Source: Pelagomonas calceolata
Lineage: Eukaryota
DNA length: 64,000 nt
Assembly: GCA_918797485.1 (NCBI GenBank)
Contig: CAKKNE010000002.1
Span: 1,984,001-2,048,000 of the forward strand
Direction: 5' to 3'
Numbering within the stretch: position 1 is the stretch's first letter; every line of letters starts with the position of its first letter. Under the pieces are notes generated by a model. The model had not been told where the DNA came from. It made no database searches and worked only from the letters and a program-made list of their open reading frames with translations. A program made the translations under genes and the position numbers. Shown in pieces: positions 43,193-54,511 of the stretch.

Positions 43193-43340
43193 ATTTCTCA
43201 ATGCAGTCGTCAATTGTTACGGTGCTGGACTCATCAGGCAGTCGTTGCCAGCTAGCGGTATCACACTAGCTCCGAGGAGCTCCCACCAATTTTCAGCACC
43301 AGAATTCAGCCACAGGCGTGACACAGGAGGCTCAAAACTC

Positions 43341-44276
43341 ATGCTGATGCAGCGCGTGGCATTCCTGCTCGCGGTGGCGCACGCCGCTGCGCGGCCGGCC
43401 GGCCCAAAGGCGCGGGCCCTGCCGCGGCAGCAAGCGGCCCAGCGGCGGAAGGGCTGGACGGCCAAGCTCAAGTTCCTGCGGGACGACTGGCAGGAAGCGG
43501 TTCTACGGCCGCGCGGTGGCGCGTCGTCGACGCAAGCCGCCCTCAGACCGCGCGGCGGCGCGTCGAGCCTCACGACGCTGACGCACGCGGCGCTCGGCGC
43601 GGTTTTTGAGGCCGGTGCCCTCCTCGGCGTCGTCAAGGCCGCGCGCGCGTTGCCGCCGGGCGCCTCGTCAGCCATCGCGAAGCTCAAGATCCTGCCGAGT
43701 GACACCATCAAAGGGCTGCCGGCCGCCGAGTGGTTCGCGTGGTGCGTCATAATCTTCGGGTCGTCGGCGGTCGGCTCGGCGGTGGACGGGTCGCTGCGCG
43801 CGGCCACGAACCAGATCTTGATGCCCACGCGCGTGGCGGGCGAGCAGGGCTGGTACGCTTCTTTAGACAAGCCGCGCTGGGAGCCGCCGGGCTTCGTCTT
43901 TCCCGTCATGTGGTTGCTCGTGTCCAAGCCGACGCAGCTGCTGGCCGTGGCCAAGGTCTGCTCGTCTGGTACAAGCGAGGGCGAGGAGGCGGCAGCTTTA
44001 CCGTGGGTGCCGCAGCTCGCGGCGTACTGTCTGCACCTCGCGCTCGGCGACGCGTGGAACAAGGTCTTCTTCGGCCAGCAGAAGGTCGCAGCGGGCGCGC
44101 TGATGATCACGGTCTTTTATGGCGCGCTCCTCGCGTCGGCGTATTTATTTGCCCAGGTCGACGCGACGGCGGGCCTATTGATGGTCCCGACGTGCCTCTG
44201 GGTAACGGTGGCCGCTGCGCTCAACTGGTCCATCTACTTCCGGCTGGGCGGCGCGGCGTCGAGCGACTCGGATTAA
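43341..44276 (+). CDS. TSPO: TspO/MBR family membrane protein
   Basis: WYASLDKPRWEPPGFVFPVMW..WNKVFF..LMVPTCLWVTVAAALN. Confidence 0.9.
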   Translation: MLMQRVAFLLAVAHAAARPAGPKARALPRQQAAQRRKGWTAKLKFLRDDWQEAVLRPRGGASSTQAALRPRGGASSLTTLTHAALGAVFEAGALLGVVKAARALPPGASSAIAKLKILPSDTIKGLPAAEWFAWCVIIFGSSAVGSAVDGSLRAATNQILMPTRVAGEQGWYASLDKPRWEPPGFVFPVMWLLVSKPTQLLAVAKVCSSGTSEGEEAAALPWVPQLAAYCLHLALGDAWNKVFFGQQKVAAGALMITVFYGALLASAYLFAQVDATAGLLMVPTCLWVTVAAALNWSIYFRLGGAASSDSD

Positions 44277-44326
44277 GAGTATTATAGTTAGGAAGACGGG
44301 GGGATCACGGGGGTTCGTATGAACGT

Positions 44327-45361
44327 TCAGGGGCCGAACGCGGCGCCCAGGAGCCACTCGAACGCGGCTTCGGCCTGCCACACCTGGCCGCCCGGCGCGA
44401 AGAAGCCCTGGAGCGGGTTAGTGGTGATCGAGACGTGGTAAGTCTGCCCGGGCACCAACGCGATGTCCCCGGCCGGCACGACGTAGTAGCCGGCGCCGGA
44501 GCTCTGGATGCAGTCGACCTTTTTGCCCTCGCCCTCGCAAAAGTCCGAGTAGAGCTGCTGCAGCTGAAAGACCGGCAACGACGCGGCCTCGTCCGTGGAT
44601 GGATTCCCGAACCGCTCGTCCTGCTCCGAGATGACCGAGAAGCGCTTCTCCGGGGGCAGAATGACGTCCATGAACATGCCAAGCGGGGGCGGAGCCGACG
44701 GACCGAGCGGCGCGCCATTCACGAAGACGGGATGGTAGTATTGCGGGAGATCGACCCCCAGCGCGCCCGCGCCGAAGAGGGGCGCCCAGGCGAGGGTGAG
44801 CTGCGCCGTGATCGGGAGCGCGGGGATCGTGCCCAAGCTTAGAACCGGCAGGGTGCTCAACATCGTCGCTATTCCCGCTCCCCCGGAAAACCCGGCCACC
44901 GCGATCTTCGAGCAGTCGACGCCGTCGATCTGACAAAACCCATCTTTGATTGCGTCGTAGGCGGCGACGGCCACCTCGGTCCAGTTCCCAAGAACAGCGG
45001 CGGCTGCTGCCGGAAAGTTGGGCACGGGAACTGCCGGCGGGATGAACGGCAAGCCCGCTCTGTCCGGATAATCGTAGTAGTCGGGACCGATCAGCGCCAC
45101 GCTGTAGCCCTGCTCGGCGATCTTGTCCATCGTCGGCTTGAGGATCCCGAGCGTCACGTCGAACTGGGTCTCCGAGTACGGCAGGAGGACGACGGCCGGC
45201 GCCGGACCGGGCTTCTTGGACCCGACGATCCTTTGGCAGGGCCCGATATCACCGCAGAACTCCTGGTCGATGGTCTCGAGGGTCGGGCCGGTGTACGGCG
45301 CGAACGCCGCCGCGCCGGTCGTAGCGGCGGCGAGTAAAAAGGCGCGCAGTGTTGGCGACAT
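44327..45361 (-). CDS. Secreted alpha/beta-hydrolase-fold protein
   Basis: Signal peptide; KIAVAGFSGGA nucleophile elbow. Confidence 0.7.
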   Translation of the reverse strand: MSPTLRAFLLAAATTGAAAFAPYTGPTLETIDQEFCGDIGPCQRIVGSKKPGPAPAVVLLPYSETQFDVTLGILKPTMDKIAEQGYSVALIGPDYYDYPDRAGLPFIPPAVPVPNFPAAAAAVLGNWTEVAVAAYDAIKDGFCQIDGVDCSKIAVAGFSGGAGIATMLSTLPVLSLGTIPALPITAQLTLAWAPLFGAGALGVDLPQYYHPVFVNGAPLGPSAPPPLGMFMDVILPPEKRFSVISEQDERFGNPSTDEAASLPVFQLQQLYSDFCEGEGKKVDCIQSSGAGYYVVPAGDIALVPGQTYHVSITTNPLQGFFAPGGQVWQAEAAFEWLLGAAFGP

Positions 45362-45624
45362 GGAGAGAGTAGTTAAGCGGTCAGCGGTCACGGACGCAGC
45401 CTACTCTGGTCTTGAGCAGCTGAATGGAAATTCCTAAATATGGGAGGCCTATACAATCGACTCGGTTGCGGCCGACTGTATACACCTTGACGATGATTTC
45501 TGGTACTCTGGTCGTGGCAACAGGCCCGCGCCGAGCTTGCCGAGCAAGGACACACGAGACAAAACCCGCCAGGACTCGGACAGAGACGCTACAGAGTACT
45601 AGCGCACCGCATCGGAAAAGAAGA

Positions 45625-48600
45625 TTACCCATCCGAGTCCCCAGCAGCCTTAGCAACGGCGTCCAGGTCGATCGCCCGCGCCACGGGCACCACCTTGGAA
45701 GAGGACCCGAGGACCCACGCGTCGCGCAGGAACTCGAGCGCCGCGGTCCAGCCCGCAACCGGTACCAAATCGGCGTCGAGCTCCTCCTCCACACACCTCC
45801 CTTCGGACAGTTGCCGCGCGACGTGGGCCGCCTGCGCGCTCCGCAGCGCGTGGACCGCGTCGAAGGCGTCCCGCGCGCGGCCCCAGGCCCCGTTCATGAC
45901 CTGGAACAACGCCACCGTCGTGCCGCTCATCCAGTCCTCCTTCCGGAGCTTGTCGAGGGCCATGTTCGCTTCGTAGACAAAGCCCCGCGTCTTTTCGACC
46001 TCGCCCTCATACCCCTCCATGAAGGACACTTCAAATTCGTCCAGGAAGTCCGCCATGACCTGCTGGTAGGCGTCCCACGCTTGTAATAGCTGTGTGGCAG
46101 CACTTTGAGCGTCGAAGAACAGCTGCCCAGTGGCAGGGGCACTTCGGGTCCGCACCCACGCGCCGGACATGTCGCCGCGCGCCGTCTTTTCGAGAGCGGC
46201 GGCGCAGGCGGCCTCCTCGCTGAGCTTTTCCTTGACCGCGCCGCCGCCCTCGATGGCGATCAAAGCCTGACCATACGCACGGGCGTTCGCGAAGCGCTGC
46301 CTCTCGACTGCGAGGGCATCCTCGGAATCCTCCGCCACGCCCAAGATGACGCGCGTCCGCGCGAAGCCCTCGGTGGACCGTAACGCCTCGGCCGCGCCCA
46401 CCGACACCGTTTGTGCACTGTCGTCCTCCTCCTTTGGTTGAGGCGGCTTCACGGCCTCCGCGGCCTTCTCGACGCGATCCTCGACGGCCGTGGCCCAGTG
46501 CCTTAACAACATATGCAGGAACGCGTCGACGTCGCCCTGGTCGTCGTATTGTCGCAGTAATTCCATCTCGCCCACAATAATATCCATCTCCCTTGAATTT
46601 TCTCCTAGCCTCGCATCTAACAACTGGTGCGCCGTCTTCTCCAGCAGCTCCAAGGGCGCGAGCCAGAAGCCGCACCTGTTGGCGTCCGTGCCCGAGGCGT
46701 GCGTCTCGGGGAAGAGGGGCCCGTCCGGGTCCAGGTCGCAGTTCTTTCTTATCAACAGTATAGCGTTGACGTAGAACTCGAGGGCGTCTCCGCTTCGCCG
46801 TTGGATGGTGTTCTCCTGCCGCGCCTTCGCGTCGGCGAGGAGATCGAGCGTGCTGCCCAGCGAGCCGGGCTGCAAGAACGAGACGGCGGGCAGATCACCC
46901 TGGCGCACACCGGCCAACAGGCAGAAGATGCGCAAACGCGGTAATAGACCGCTACGCTCGCGGCAGTTCAGGAACAGGTCGTGCAGTTCTCTTTCTGCCA
47001 GTGACGCGACCCCGAAGCGCTGGAGGTGGTACCCGTGCACCACGTCGACAAAATTCGTCTGGAGCATGAACCACCACTCGTATATGAGTCCAACCCGTCC
47101 CAAGATGTCCGACGAAGGCCGCCGGATCTCCCGCTCCTTAATAGAACCACGTCCACTCATGTAGCCCTTGCGCATCCTTAGTCTAATCGACTGCGGCGCG
47201 CCGTTTTCCCGCTCCTGCCTCCGCTTCCAGCTCTTGTTCACCCGACTAACTGCCAAAGTGGTTTGCAAACGCTGGACCATGGTCCACGCTTGGGGTTCCT
47301 TGAAATCCACTAAAACCAACTCCATAGATCGCAATTCTTGCAGAATATTCATCACAAAATCACCGGGCGTCATCTGGTTCGTGTAGAGCCGCTTCGCGAA
47401 GCCGCCGCAGCCCGAACCCTCCGGGTAGTCGCTTCCTAACTCATAAGATCGCAATCGGTGATCAATGCATAACTGCAATAACCGCCGGTAGGCCGCGAGC
47501 GGCTGCATCCCGTCGACGTCGCCCACGGCATTATCGGAAGCGACTTCCAACGCGGTGTCGAATTGAGCCCTTAAGAATTTGAAGCGCGACCGCGCGTGGT
47601 CCGCCAGCGTCCCTTCGACGCGGTCCATGAGATTAGACATCATGCGCGCGCGCATCTGGACGAGGCCTCCCAATTGTCTGCGAGCTTCCAACGGCAGCGG
47701 GAAGTCTCTCGGACTCCTCGCATGGTGCGGTAGAGCCAGCGCCCGCGCGAAGAAGCGCTGCTTCTCGCACGTATCTAAAAATACTTCATAGTCCACGTTG
47801 CCCTTGGAGGCCTCGTGGGCCTCTCGGTATAAGGCAGCAGCGTAGGTCGTCGACGCGTCTGGAAGTAACGTACGGACGATCGCCACGAACTGTGGTAAAT
47901 CGACGCAGGGCGGCGGCGCCTTCGGGTCGTCGTTGCGCTCCGGTGCTTCTGGAGTACGACCCGTGCCGTAGTCCGGCGCGTGGACCGCTATGGTCCCTGC
48001 TAACGCGGTTTCGAACATCAACCTCACCGCGGCCCTCCGATGGGCCTGCTCCTCCCGATACAGATGCGTAAGCACTCTGAGCCAGAGCGCCATGTCCACG
48101 CATTCTAACTGCTTGGCGCCCCACTTGCTGCTACGCCCTTCCGCCTCCACGGCGATATCTCGAGTGGCTTTGAGAGCGCCCTCCCGTAGCCGAGGGTTGC
48201 CCTTCTGGAGCACCTTCTCCGTGGCCTCGAGCGCGTCCACCAGCGGCAGCCAGACGCACTGCTGGCCTCCTAAAGCCAAAGCGTCGGCGTCGGAAATGGC
48301 CGCGAGGCGGTCCCACGGCGGGTCCGCGGGGTTCGCCCCGACCTTTTTACGCATCTTCGCGTGCGCTTCGAACTCCTTGACTTTCTCCTTGAGTTCATAA
48401 TATGTGTTCGCGAAGACGCAGCCCTGGGCATTTAGGACCACTCCGGCGGTGGTCTGGATGAGTTCGTTACAGTAGAGATAAAACGCGAGGAAGTCCCCAC
48501 CGTGCGACTCATCAAGTAAACTCCAGAATAACTTGGCTTCGTCCGATTCTCTGCTTAACATCTTCGCGCCGTAGTAGAGGCCCCACCGGTCGTCATCGGC

Positions 48601-50319
48601 CACTTTGATCGCTTCGCGCCTCTCAGTGCTATGTAGACTATCAAGATATTTCCGAGGCGGCTCGAAGAAGGCATACGCAAATTCGGGAAACCTCGCGCGT
48701 CCCTCCTGCTGGGGACCGTGCGAGGCATGATCCCTCAGCAAAGCACCGATGATGGCCCGCATACACCGCCGCACCCACGTGATCGACCTAGGTGGTCTTT
48801 CACCACCAAGAGGAGGTAGGAGCAGTCGATACCCATGGCACACCAAACGAGGCGGCTCCGGCTCCGGTCCTACTATAGCCTCCCGTATATTGGCCATATC
48901 AGATAAAGATTTCCCACATTTAATGCATAGGACATTGGCCAGCGGATCTTCTTCCGCATCGTCGAGCTCTTCCTCGGGCTCCTTTTCTAAATGCCCGTCT
49001 CGTTCCAGAGCGGCCAATTCGCCTTCCTTCTGCGCCTGGCGCTCTTTCGCAAGTTCCTCCTCGCGCAACTTAGCGGCCTCCTTCTCCTGGTACATGGCCA
49101 CGATCGCTTCCCGATCCTTGAGTTTGGCCTCCAGCGCTTCTTGGGCGCGGTGCATGGACTGGATCGTCTTCTCGAGGACCGGTACTCTCATACTATCCTT
49201 CTTGCAATGGCGTAGCTCCTCGACCTCCTCCCGCAATGCAGCTAGTTCTTCCTTCTGGCCCCGCATGACGTTCCTCATATCACCCTTGTTCACCAGGTCC
49301 TTGTCGCGCTGCATGTCCTGAAAGATGCCGTTCAGACTTTTGACGGTCTCCTTCAGCTTCCGGTTGGCCTGTCGTTGCTCGTTGTCTTTTTTATTAAGTT
49401 CTAGTAGTTGATCAGAGTGGTTGTTGTTCGCGTCCTGGAGGGCCTCCCGCTTTTCTCTCTCAAGGTTGACCTTGTCGTCTCGTCGTAATTGCTCTAATTC
49501 TTCAATTCTATCCTTCGAAGAAGAGATCTCGCCGCACGCTTTATCAAGTTGCCACAAGGCATCCGAATGCAACCTACAGACGCGATCGAAGACGCTGCCG
49601 AACCGCTCTCTCAGAGAATCGACCAATCTGCCGTGCTCCAGGCAACCGACCGTGACTTGAGCCACTAGTTCAGAACAGACCTGGTCGGCCCACTTCTGCT
49701 CGAACACGCAGGCGCCGAGGTCGTCTCTGGCATTTTTCCATAAGTGTGAGGTGACGCCCATCGATTGTGCTGAAGCGGCGTCCGCCTCTGCTTCGGCGGA
49801 GAGCTTCTTCCGTTCAGCAAAGGCATTAGCGACAGCGGAGCAGCACTCGAGGTAGTCGCGCGCCGCCTCGGGGGCGTCGCGGTTCTGCCGCGCCAATCGC
49901 CCGAGCGTCTCGCCGATACTCTTGTCTCTCGGATCTCTCTGGTCGGCGATGCTCATGGCGTCCTCGAACTTGCGGGAGAGGGCCTTGCCCGCCCCCCGCG
50001 CATTGCTCGCCTCGCTCGCGACGCTTCCGATCGTTAATTGAGTCTGGGCCGGCCGCCTCGTCTTCTTCTTCTTCTTGAGCGAGCGCTGCAGGGCTCGTCC
50101 CGTATTTTTCGGATCGACGTCGGGGAAGATGGTCGCGGCGAACTTGCCGTAGGCGTCGCTCCTACTTTCTTCGTTCCCGTCGTACGTGAGCAGCGTGGAC
50201 GGGATCGCCGCGGGCTCGACTACCGTCGGGCGCCGCTCGCCGAGGGGCGCGCTCGTCGAGCGCGGCTCCAGGTCCGCGAGCGTGACGGCGCGGCCCGCGT
50301 AGCCCGCGAGCTGGGACAT
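45625..50319 (-). CDS. Large coiled-coil protein with an axonemal dynein light-chain-like domain
   Basis: ELVAQVTVGCLEHGRLVDSLR resembles the axonemal dynein light domain; ~1560-aa uninterrupted ORF. Confidence 0.7.
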   Translation of the reverse strand: MSQLAGYAGRAVTLADLEPRSTSAPLGERRPTVVEPAAIPSTLLTYDGNEESRSDAYGKFAATIFPDVDPKNTGRALQRSLKKKKKTRRPAQTQLTIGSVASEASNARGAGKALSRKFEDAMSIADQRDPRDKSIGETLGRLARQNRDAPEAARDYLECCSAVANAFAERKKLSAEAEADAASAQSMGVTSHLWKNARDDLGACVFEQKWADQVCSELVAQVTVGCLEHGRLVDSLRERFGSVFDRVCRLHSDALWQLDKACGEISSSKDRIEELEQLRRDDKVNLEREKREALQDANNNHSDQLLELNKKDNEQRQANRKLKETVKSLNGIFQDMQRDKDLVNKGDMRNVMRGQKEELAALREEVEELRHCKKDSMRVPVLEKTIQSMHRAQEALEAKLKDREAIVAMYQEKEAAKLREEELAKERQAQKEGELAALERDGHLEKEPEEELDDAEEDPLANVLCIKCGKSLSDMANIREAIVGPEPEPPRLVCHGYRLLLPPLGGERPPRSITWVRRCMRAIIGALLRDHASHGPQQEGRARFPEFAYAFFEPPRKYLDSLHSTERREAIKVADDDRWGLYYGAKMLSRESDEAKLFWSLLDESHGGDFLAFYLYCNELIQTTAGVVLNAQGCVFANTYYELKEKVKEFEAHAKMRKKVGANPADPPWDRLAAISDADALALGGQQCVWLPLVDALEATEKVLQKGNPRLREGALKATRDIAVEAEGRSSKWGAKQLECVDMALWLRVLTHLYREEQAHRRAAVRLMFETALAGTIAVHAPDYGTGRTPEAPERNDDPKAPPPCVDLPQFVAIVRTLLPDASTTYAAALYREAHEASKGNVDYEVFLDTCEKQRFFARALALPHHARSPRDFPLPLEARRQLGGLVQMRARMMSNLMDRVEGTLADHARSRFKFLRAQFDTALEVASDNAVGDVDGMQPLAAYRRLLQLCIDHRLRSYELGSDYPEGSGCGGFAKRLYTNQMTPGDFVMNILQELRSMELVLVDFKEPQAWTMVQRLQTTLAVSRVNKSWKRRQERENGAPQSIRLRMRKGYMSGRGSIKEREIRRPSSDILGRVGLIYEWWFMLQTNFVDVVHGYHLQRFGVASLAERELHDLFLNCRERSGLLPRLRIFCLLAGVRQGDLPAVSFLQPGSLGSTLDLLADAKARQENTIQRRSGDALEFYVNAILLIRKNCDLDPDGPLFPETHASGTDANRCGFWLAPLELLEKTAHQLLDARLGENSREMDIIVGEMELLRQYDDQGDVDAFLHMLLRHWATAVEDRVEKAAEAVKPPQPKEEDDSAQTVSVGAAEALRSTEGFARTRVILGVAEDSEDALAVERQRFANARAYGQALIAIEGGGAVKEKLSEEAACAAALEKTARGDMSGAWVRTRSAPATGQLFFDAQSAATQLLQAWDAYQQVMADFLDEFEVSFMEGYEGEVEKTRGFVYEANMALDKLRKEDWMSGTTVALFQVMNGAWGRARDAFDAVHALRSAQAAHVARQLSEGRCVEEELDADLVPVAGWTAALEFLRDAWVLGSSSKVVPVARAIDLDAVAKAAGDSDG

Positions 50320-50599
50320 GGTCTGGGAGGCTGCCCCTCTGGGTGTGCTGCCCAAGCAAATAGCAGCGGGCTCACGCTAGGTCGTGGCTGTCCACCCGCT
50401 TTCGCACGCCCACGCGCGTCTTTGGTACGGCTGGCCCGGCGCCGCGCTCGTCCAGGCCGCACCGTTTTGTGGCGCTGCCGGCCGAGTTTCAGGCTCGTGA
50501 CCCCCTACCACCGAGGTACAGAGGTATAAGGTAACTTACCGATACCAGCCTCGGCTCACAATGGCGGCGGCGTGTTAGCACGAACCAGACGTTGCAAGC

Positions 50600-52648
50600 A
50601 TGCAACGCTGGGCGGCATTGCTGCTCCTTGTCCTAAACGCGACAGCTTTGCAGCTGCCGTGGCTCGCGTGGCGTGCACTCACGCCTAGACTGCCCGGCGG
50701 CCGGATCGATGAATGCCTCAAAAACGCCGCAGCGGTGCAGGTGCCGTCCGCCGCGGCGACGGGCACAGCTATCAAGTCTTTGTGCTTTGACACGGACATG
50801 GGAGGGCACGTTGTTGCCGTCGTGCGAGCTACTGACGGTGTCGACGCTGCGCGATTAGCGTCCGCCATCGGTGCGCAGACCGCGAAGTTATCTCGGCCGG
50901 ACGCAGTCGAGGCGGCGACGGGATTCGGCGTCGGCTGCGTGCCGCCGGTGGGCGTCGCGACCCCAGTCGTCGTCGACGAGGCCGTCGCGGCCCTGCGCGG
51001 CCGCGTCGTCGGCGGTGCTGGCGACGAGGCGCGGCAACTCGTTATTCGCGACGGCGCGGAGCTGCTGCGCCTCTCGGCTGGAATCCGGGCGGACATCCGG
51101 GGCTCGGGGCGCCCAACGCCGTCGGCGCCGACATACAGAGCGCAGGGCTTCGACGCAACCGGAAGAAACGTGACAATCGTGGGCCGCATCGCGTCGAAAC
51201 GCCAGATGGCGAAGAAGCTCTGCTTCGTGTCGCTGACGCCGCCAGGTGGTGGCCGCTGGCGGCCGCTCGGGCGATTGCTCCCGTACCCGGACGTCGAGCT
51301 CCAGGTCATCCTGGGCGCGACACTGGCCCGACAGCGCGGCAACGACGCTGCAGCAAACGTGATCCGGCGGCTCCGCGTCGGGCAGGTCGTCGTGTGCGAC
51401 TGCGTGCCAACCTGGCGCGACCGGCCCTCGGTGATGGGTCGATTCATCGAGCGGTGGCGCCAGGTTCATAAGAGGCGCCAGATAGACCTCCGCTGTTCGG
51501 ACGTCGGGACGGTCCGCGGCTTCGGCGGCGCCGGCGACAAGCCGAGAACCAGACGGAAGGAGCCGGCGCCGCTCCAGTACCTGGAACTCCCGCGAGACGT
51601 CGCCCTTCACTACGTGACTGACGCGAGCGAGGCGCCGGCCGCCATTACCGCAATCGCCGACGCTGCCATCGTCGGCCTCGACGCCGAGTGGGAGCCCGAC
51701 TCCTCCAGCGACACGCCGGCGGCGACGGTGCAGCTCGCAACCAAAGACGCGTGCGTCGTCCTCGACCTCGTCGCGCTCGCTACGAACGAAGGAGGCCTCG
51801 CGGCCGCCGACGCCGTCGTCGCCGCGGCGCTGGCGAACGCGGTGCTCGTCGGATTCGGTCTGGAGACGGACCTCGCGCGGTGTCGACCCTTGCTGACGAG
51901 CCTCGACGCGCCGGAGACGCGCGAGCTCCAAGGCACGGCGAGCTCACTCGCCGCCCTCGTCCGCAGGACGCTGGGCCGCGACCTCGACAAGCGCCTGCAG
52001 AGGAGCGCGTGGGGCGCGATGCCGCGGCCGCTGCCCGACGACTGCGTCACGTACGCGGCACTCGACGCCTACGCGTGCGTGATGGCCTACGACGCGCTCG
52101 ACGGTGAGCCTGTGGCGCCGGCCACGGCCGCGCGCGACCTGCGCGTGACCGAGGATGTCGTGGAGCGGTGTTTGGGGAGAGGCCGCGACCGGAAGCGCGG
52201 CGAACATCCCAAAGACGCGGCGTTGTCGTTTTTATCGGGCGAGGAGGCGGTCGGCGGCTACGACAAAAGAGGCGGCGCGGCGCGCATAGCCGACGGCTCG
52301 GTGCTCTTCGTCAACTGGCAAGGACGCGGCGAAAATATCCGCACGACCTACTTCGACCGCAAGTACCCGAATGCGATAGCCGACGGCTCCGTGACGTGGT
52401 GGCCTCCGAAGAACTTCGACGAGGAACGGCTGTCGGAGCCGCTCCACCTATTTGGCCGACGAGGCAAGAGCAGTTTCCTGTACCTCGGGCGCTTGTTATA
52501 CGTCGGACCGATGGCGCAAGCCGGCACCGCGCCCGGAGGTTTAGTATTGAAGCTCCTCGACGCGGAAGAGCTCGAGCGGCGCGCCGACGACGGCGACGCG
52601 CAGCCCGGGCTGCGGGCGCTGCTCGACTCCGCGGCCGCTGTTGTTTAA
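50600..52648 (+). CDS. YbaK/proofreading domain + OB-like + DEDDy 3'-5' exonuclease fusion protein
   Basis: IKSL..TGFGVGCVPPVG (YbaK); GLDAEW..VQLA..DKRLQRSAW..YAALDA (WRN/EXD-type exonuclease). Confidence 0.75.
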   Translation: MQRWAALLLLVLNATALQLPWLAWRALTPRLPGGRIDECLKNAAAVQVPSAAATGTAIKSLCFDTDMGGHVVAVVRATDGVDAARLASAIGAQTAKLSRPDAVEAATGFGVGCVPPVGVATPVVVDEAVAALRGRVVGGAGDEARQLVIRDGAELLRLSAGIRADIRGSGRPTPSAPTYRAQGFDATGRNVTIVGRIASKRQMAKKLCFVSLTPPGGGRWRPLGRLLPYPDVELQVILGATLARQRGNDAAANVIRRLRVGQVVVCDCVPTWRDRPSVMGRFIERWRQVHKRRQIDLRCSDVGTVRGFGGAGDKPRTRRKEPAPLQYLELPRDVALHYVTDASEAPAAITAIADAAIVGLDAEWEPDSSSDTPAATVQLATKDACVVLDLVALATNEGGLAAADAVVAAALANAVLVGFGLETDLARCRPLLTSLDAPETRELQGTASSLAALVRRTLGRDLDKRLQRSAWGAMPRPLPDDCVTYAALDAYACVMAYDALDGEPVAPATAARDLRVTEDVVERCLGRGRDRKRGEHPKDAALSFLSGEEAVGGYDKRGGAARIADGSVLFVNWQGRGENIRTTYFDRKYPNAIADGSVTWWPPKNFDEERLSEPLHLFGRRGKSSFLYLGRLLYVGPMAQAGTAPGGLVLKLLDAEELERRADDGDAQPGLRALLDSAAAVV

Positions 52649-52772
52649 GAAGCTAGTGTTGGGGCAATCTGACGTTGTCTGGGAAATATAAGTGGGAACA
52701 AAATACAATTAAGCTGGGCGGTCGCGAGGCGGGTGCGTCGCGGTCGGGAGGCGGTAGGAATTGGGCGCGATG

Positions 52773-53276
52773 TCACTGGGTGACGGCCGCGCGCGTGTGC
52801 GAGAACCAGTAGGAGTCCTGCTCCTCGGCCGGGTCGAGGTCGAGGAAGTGGCCCCAGTAGTCGTCGTCGGCCTTCGTGGGCGGTTCGGGCGGGAGGAAGA
52901 GCGGCGGCGGCAGTTCCAGAGCGGGCGGCGGCGCCTTGGGCGGGCTCGCCGGCGGCGTCACGGGGTGGACGACGTTCCGAGACGGCGCGTCGTCGTACGT
53001 CGACGGCTTGGCCTTGCGGCGCCACGTCGTCCGGCGCGTCGGCGTCACCGGCACCGCCGCGGGCGGCGGCGGCGCCTTGACGACGCGGTGCGCGGCGTCG
53101 CCCCGATGCGACCGGCGCCGCGCCGCGGAGGCCGCGGCGCGGAACCGCGCGGCGACGTCCGCGTCGGGTTTGATACTCGTCGGGGGCGCCGCGTCGGGCC
53201 GCGGGGACTTGTACTTGGGCGCGTCCATGTCGCCGCTGTCGGACATGGAGACGACGGTCACGGCGGACGACATGGT
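52773..53276 (-). CDS. Pro-rich hypothetical protein
   Basis: Open frame ending DDDYWGHFLDL; weak support. Confidence 0.4.
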   Translation of the reverse strand, partial: TMSSAVTVVSMSDSGDMDAPKYKSPRPDAAPPTSIKPDADVAARFRAAASAARRRSHRGDAAHRVVKAPPPPAAVPVTPTRRTTWRRKAKPSTYDDAPSRNVVHPVTPPASPPKAPPPALELPPPLFLPPEPPTKADDDYWGHFLDLDPAEEQDSYWFSHTRAAVTQ

Positions 53277-53908
53277 CACTTGACGCCCTTGCAGCGGGCT
53301 GCCTCTGGGCTGCCTTGCGCGCGCGCGGCAAGGGTCTCCGGGGTACCGTGACAAGGTCAGGTACCTGGGCGTCCCCCGCGACAGCGACGAGGTCCCCGCG
53401 CGGCGGCGGTGAGCGGATCAGGCCCTTGATAGGCTGCCTTCTCTCCCTGATTGCAAGTTCTCGCGAGCGAGCCACTACAACCTGGTTGGGCGAAGGGCAA
53501 CTTACCCTTGGGGCCTCTCTGTCAGGGCCCTCGAGGCGTCGGCGGGCCGCCGCGAGCTTTGCCGAGCGGCATATTGGCATGTGCGCGCGTACGGACACTG
53601 TATCGCAAGAAGCCTGTGCAAATGCTGGTGCGGGTGGCGACTAGCTGATCCGATAAACATATCCTTCGGCTTTGGCCCTCCCATTAGACACTTTGCTCGA
53701 AGTCGAATAAAACCCGAACACCATGCAAAGCTGAGTCGCGACCCCTGCGCGCGTCCTAGTACCTCATTTCACCAGTAGCGCGTCGTCGCGACACATTGAT
53801 ACATTACCGGACGGCTGCTGCATCAATTCCTAAGGCTCGCCGCTTCAGGACAGTGCAGTGGGTGCTGCACTGCCAGCAGGTTGCAAAGAGTAAATAGGAG
53901 TCGCAGCG

Positions 53909-54511
53909 ATGCGCACATTGACGGCGTCGGCGCGCGTCTTGCGAAGACTGAAACCGCGGAGGCTTCTGGCGTCGCTGCCGCACGTCGTCGAGCACGACGG
54001 CACGCGGGCCGAAAGGAGCCTCATCCTGCTGAAGCCGGACGCGGTGGAGCGGCGCCTCGTGGGCCGCATCCTGAGCCGCTTCGAGGACCGCGGCCTCGCG
54101 ATCGTCGCGCTGCGGCAGCGAATCTGCGACCGCGCGCTGGCCGAGGCGCACTATGAGGAACATCGCGACAAGCACTTCTTCGGGCGCGCCTGCGCGTTCC
54201 TCTGCGCCGGGCCGCTCGTGAGCGCCTGCCTCGAGGGCCGCGGCGCCGTCGCCGCCGCACGCAAGCTGGTCGGGCCGACGGACCCACGCGACGCCGCACC
54301 CGGCACGATCCGCGGCGACCTGGCGACGCACTGGCGGCGGAACCTGGTGCACGCGTCGGCGAGCGCCGACGACGCGGAGCGGGAGATTGGGCTGTGGTTC
54401 GACAGCACCGATCTTTGTCCGCCGGCGGCCGCGCTCGACGCGTGGCTGTACGAGATGCCAGGGGCGAGGATTGGGTTCGACGACGATGATGACGAGCAGG
54501 GGGTGTCCTAA
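53909..54511 (+). CDS. ndk: Nucleoside diphosphate kinase
   Basis: ERSLILLKPDAV, APGTIRGD and RNLVHAS (catalytic His). Confidence 0.92.
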   Translation: MRTLTASARVLRRLKPRRLLASLPHVVEHDGTRAERSLILLKPDAVERRLVGRILSRFEDRGLAIVALRQRICDRALAEAHYEEHRDKHFFGRACAFLCAGPLVSACLEGRGAVAAARKLVGPTDPRDAAPGTIRGDLATHWRRNLVHASASADDAEREIGLWFDSTDLCPPAAALDAWLYEMPGARIGFDDDDDEQGVS

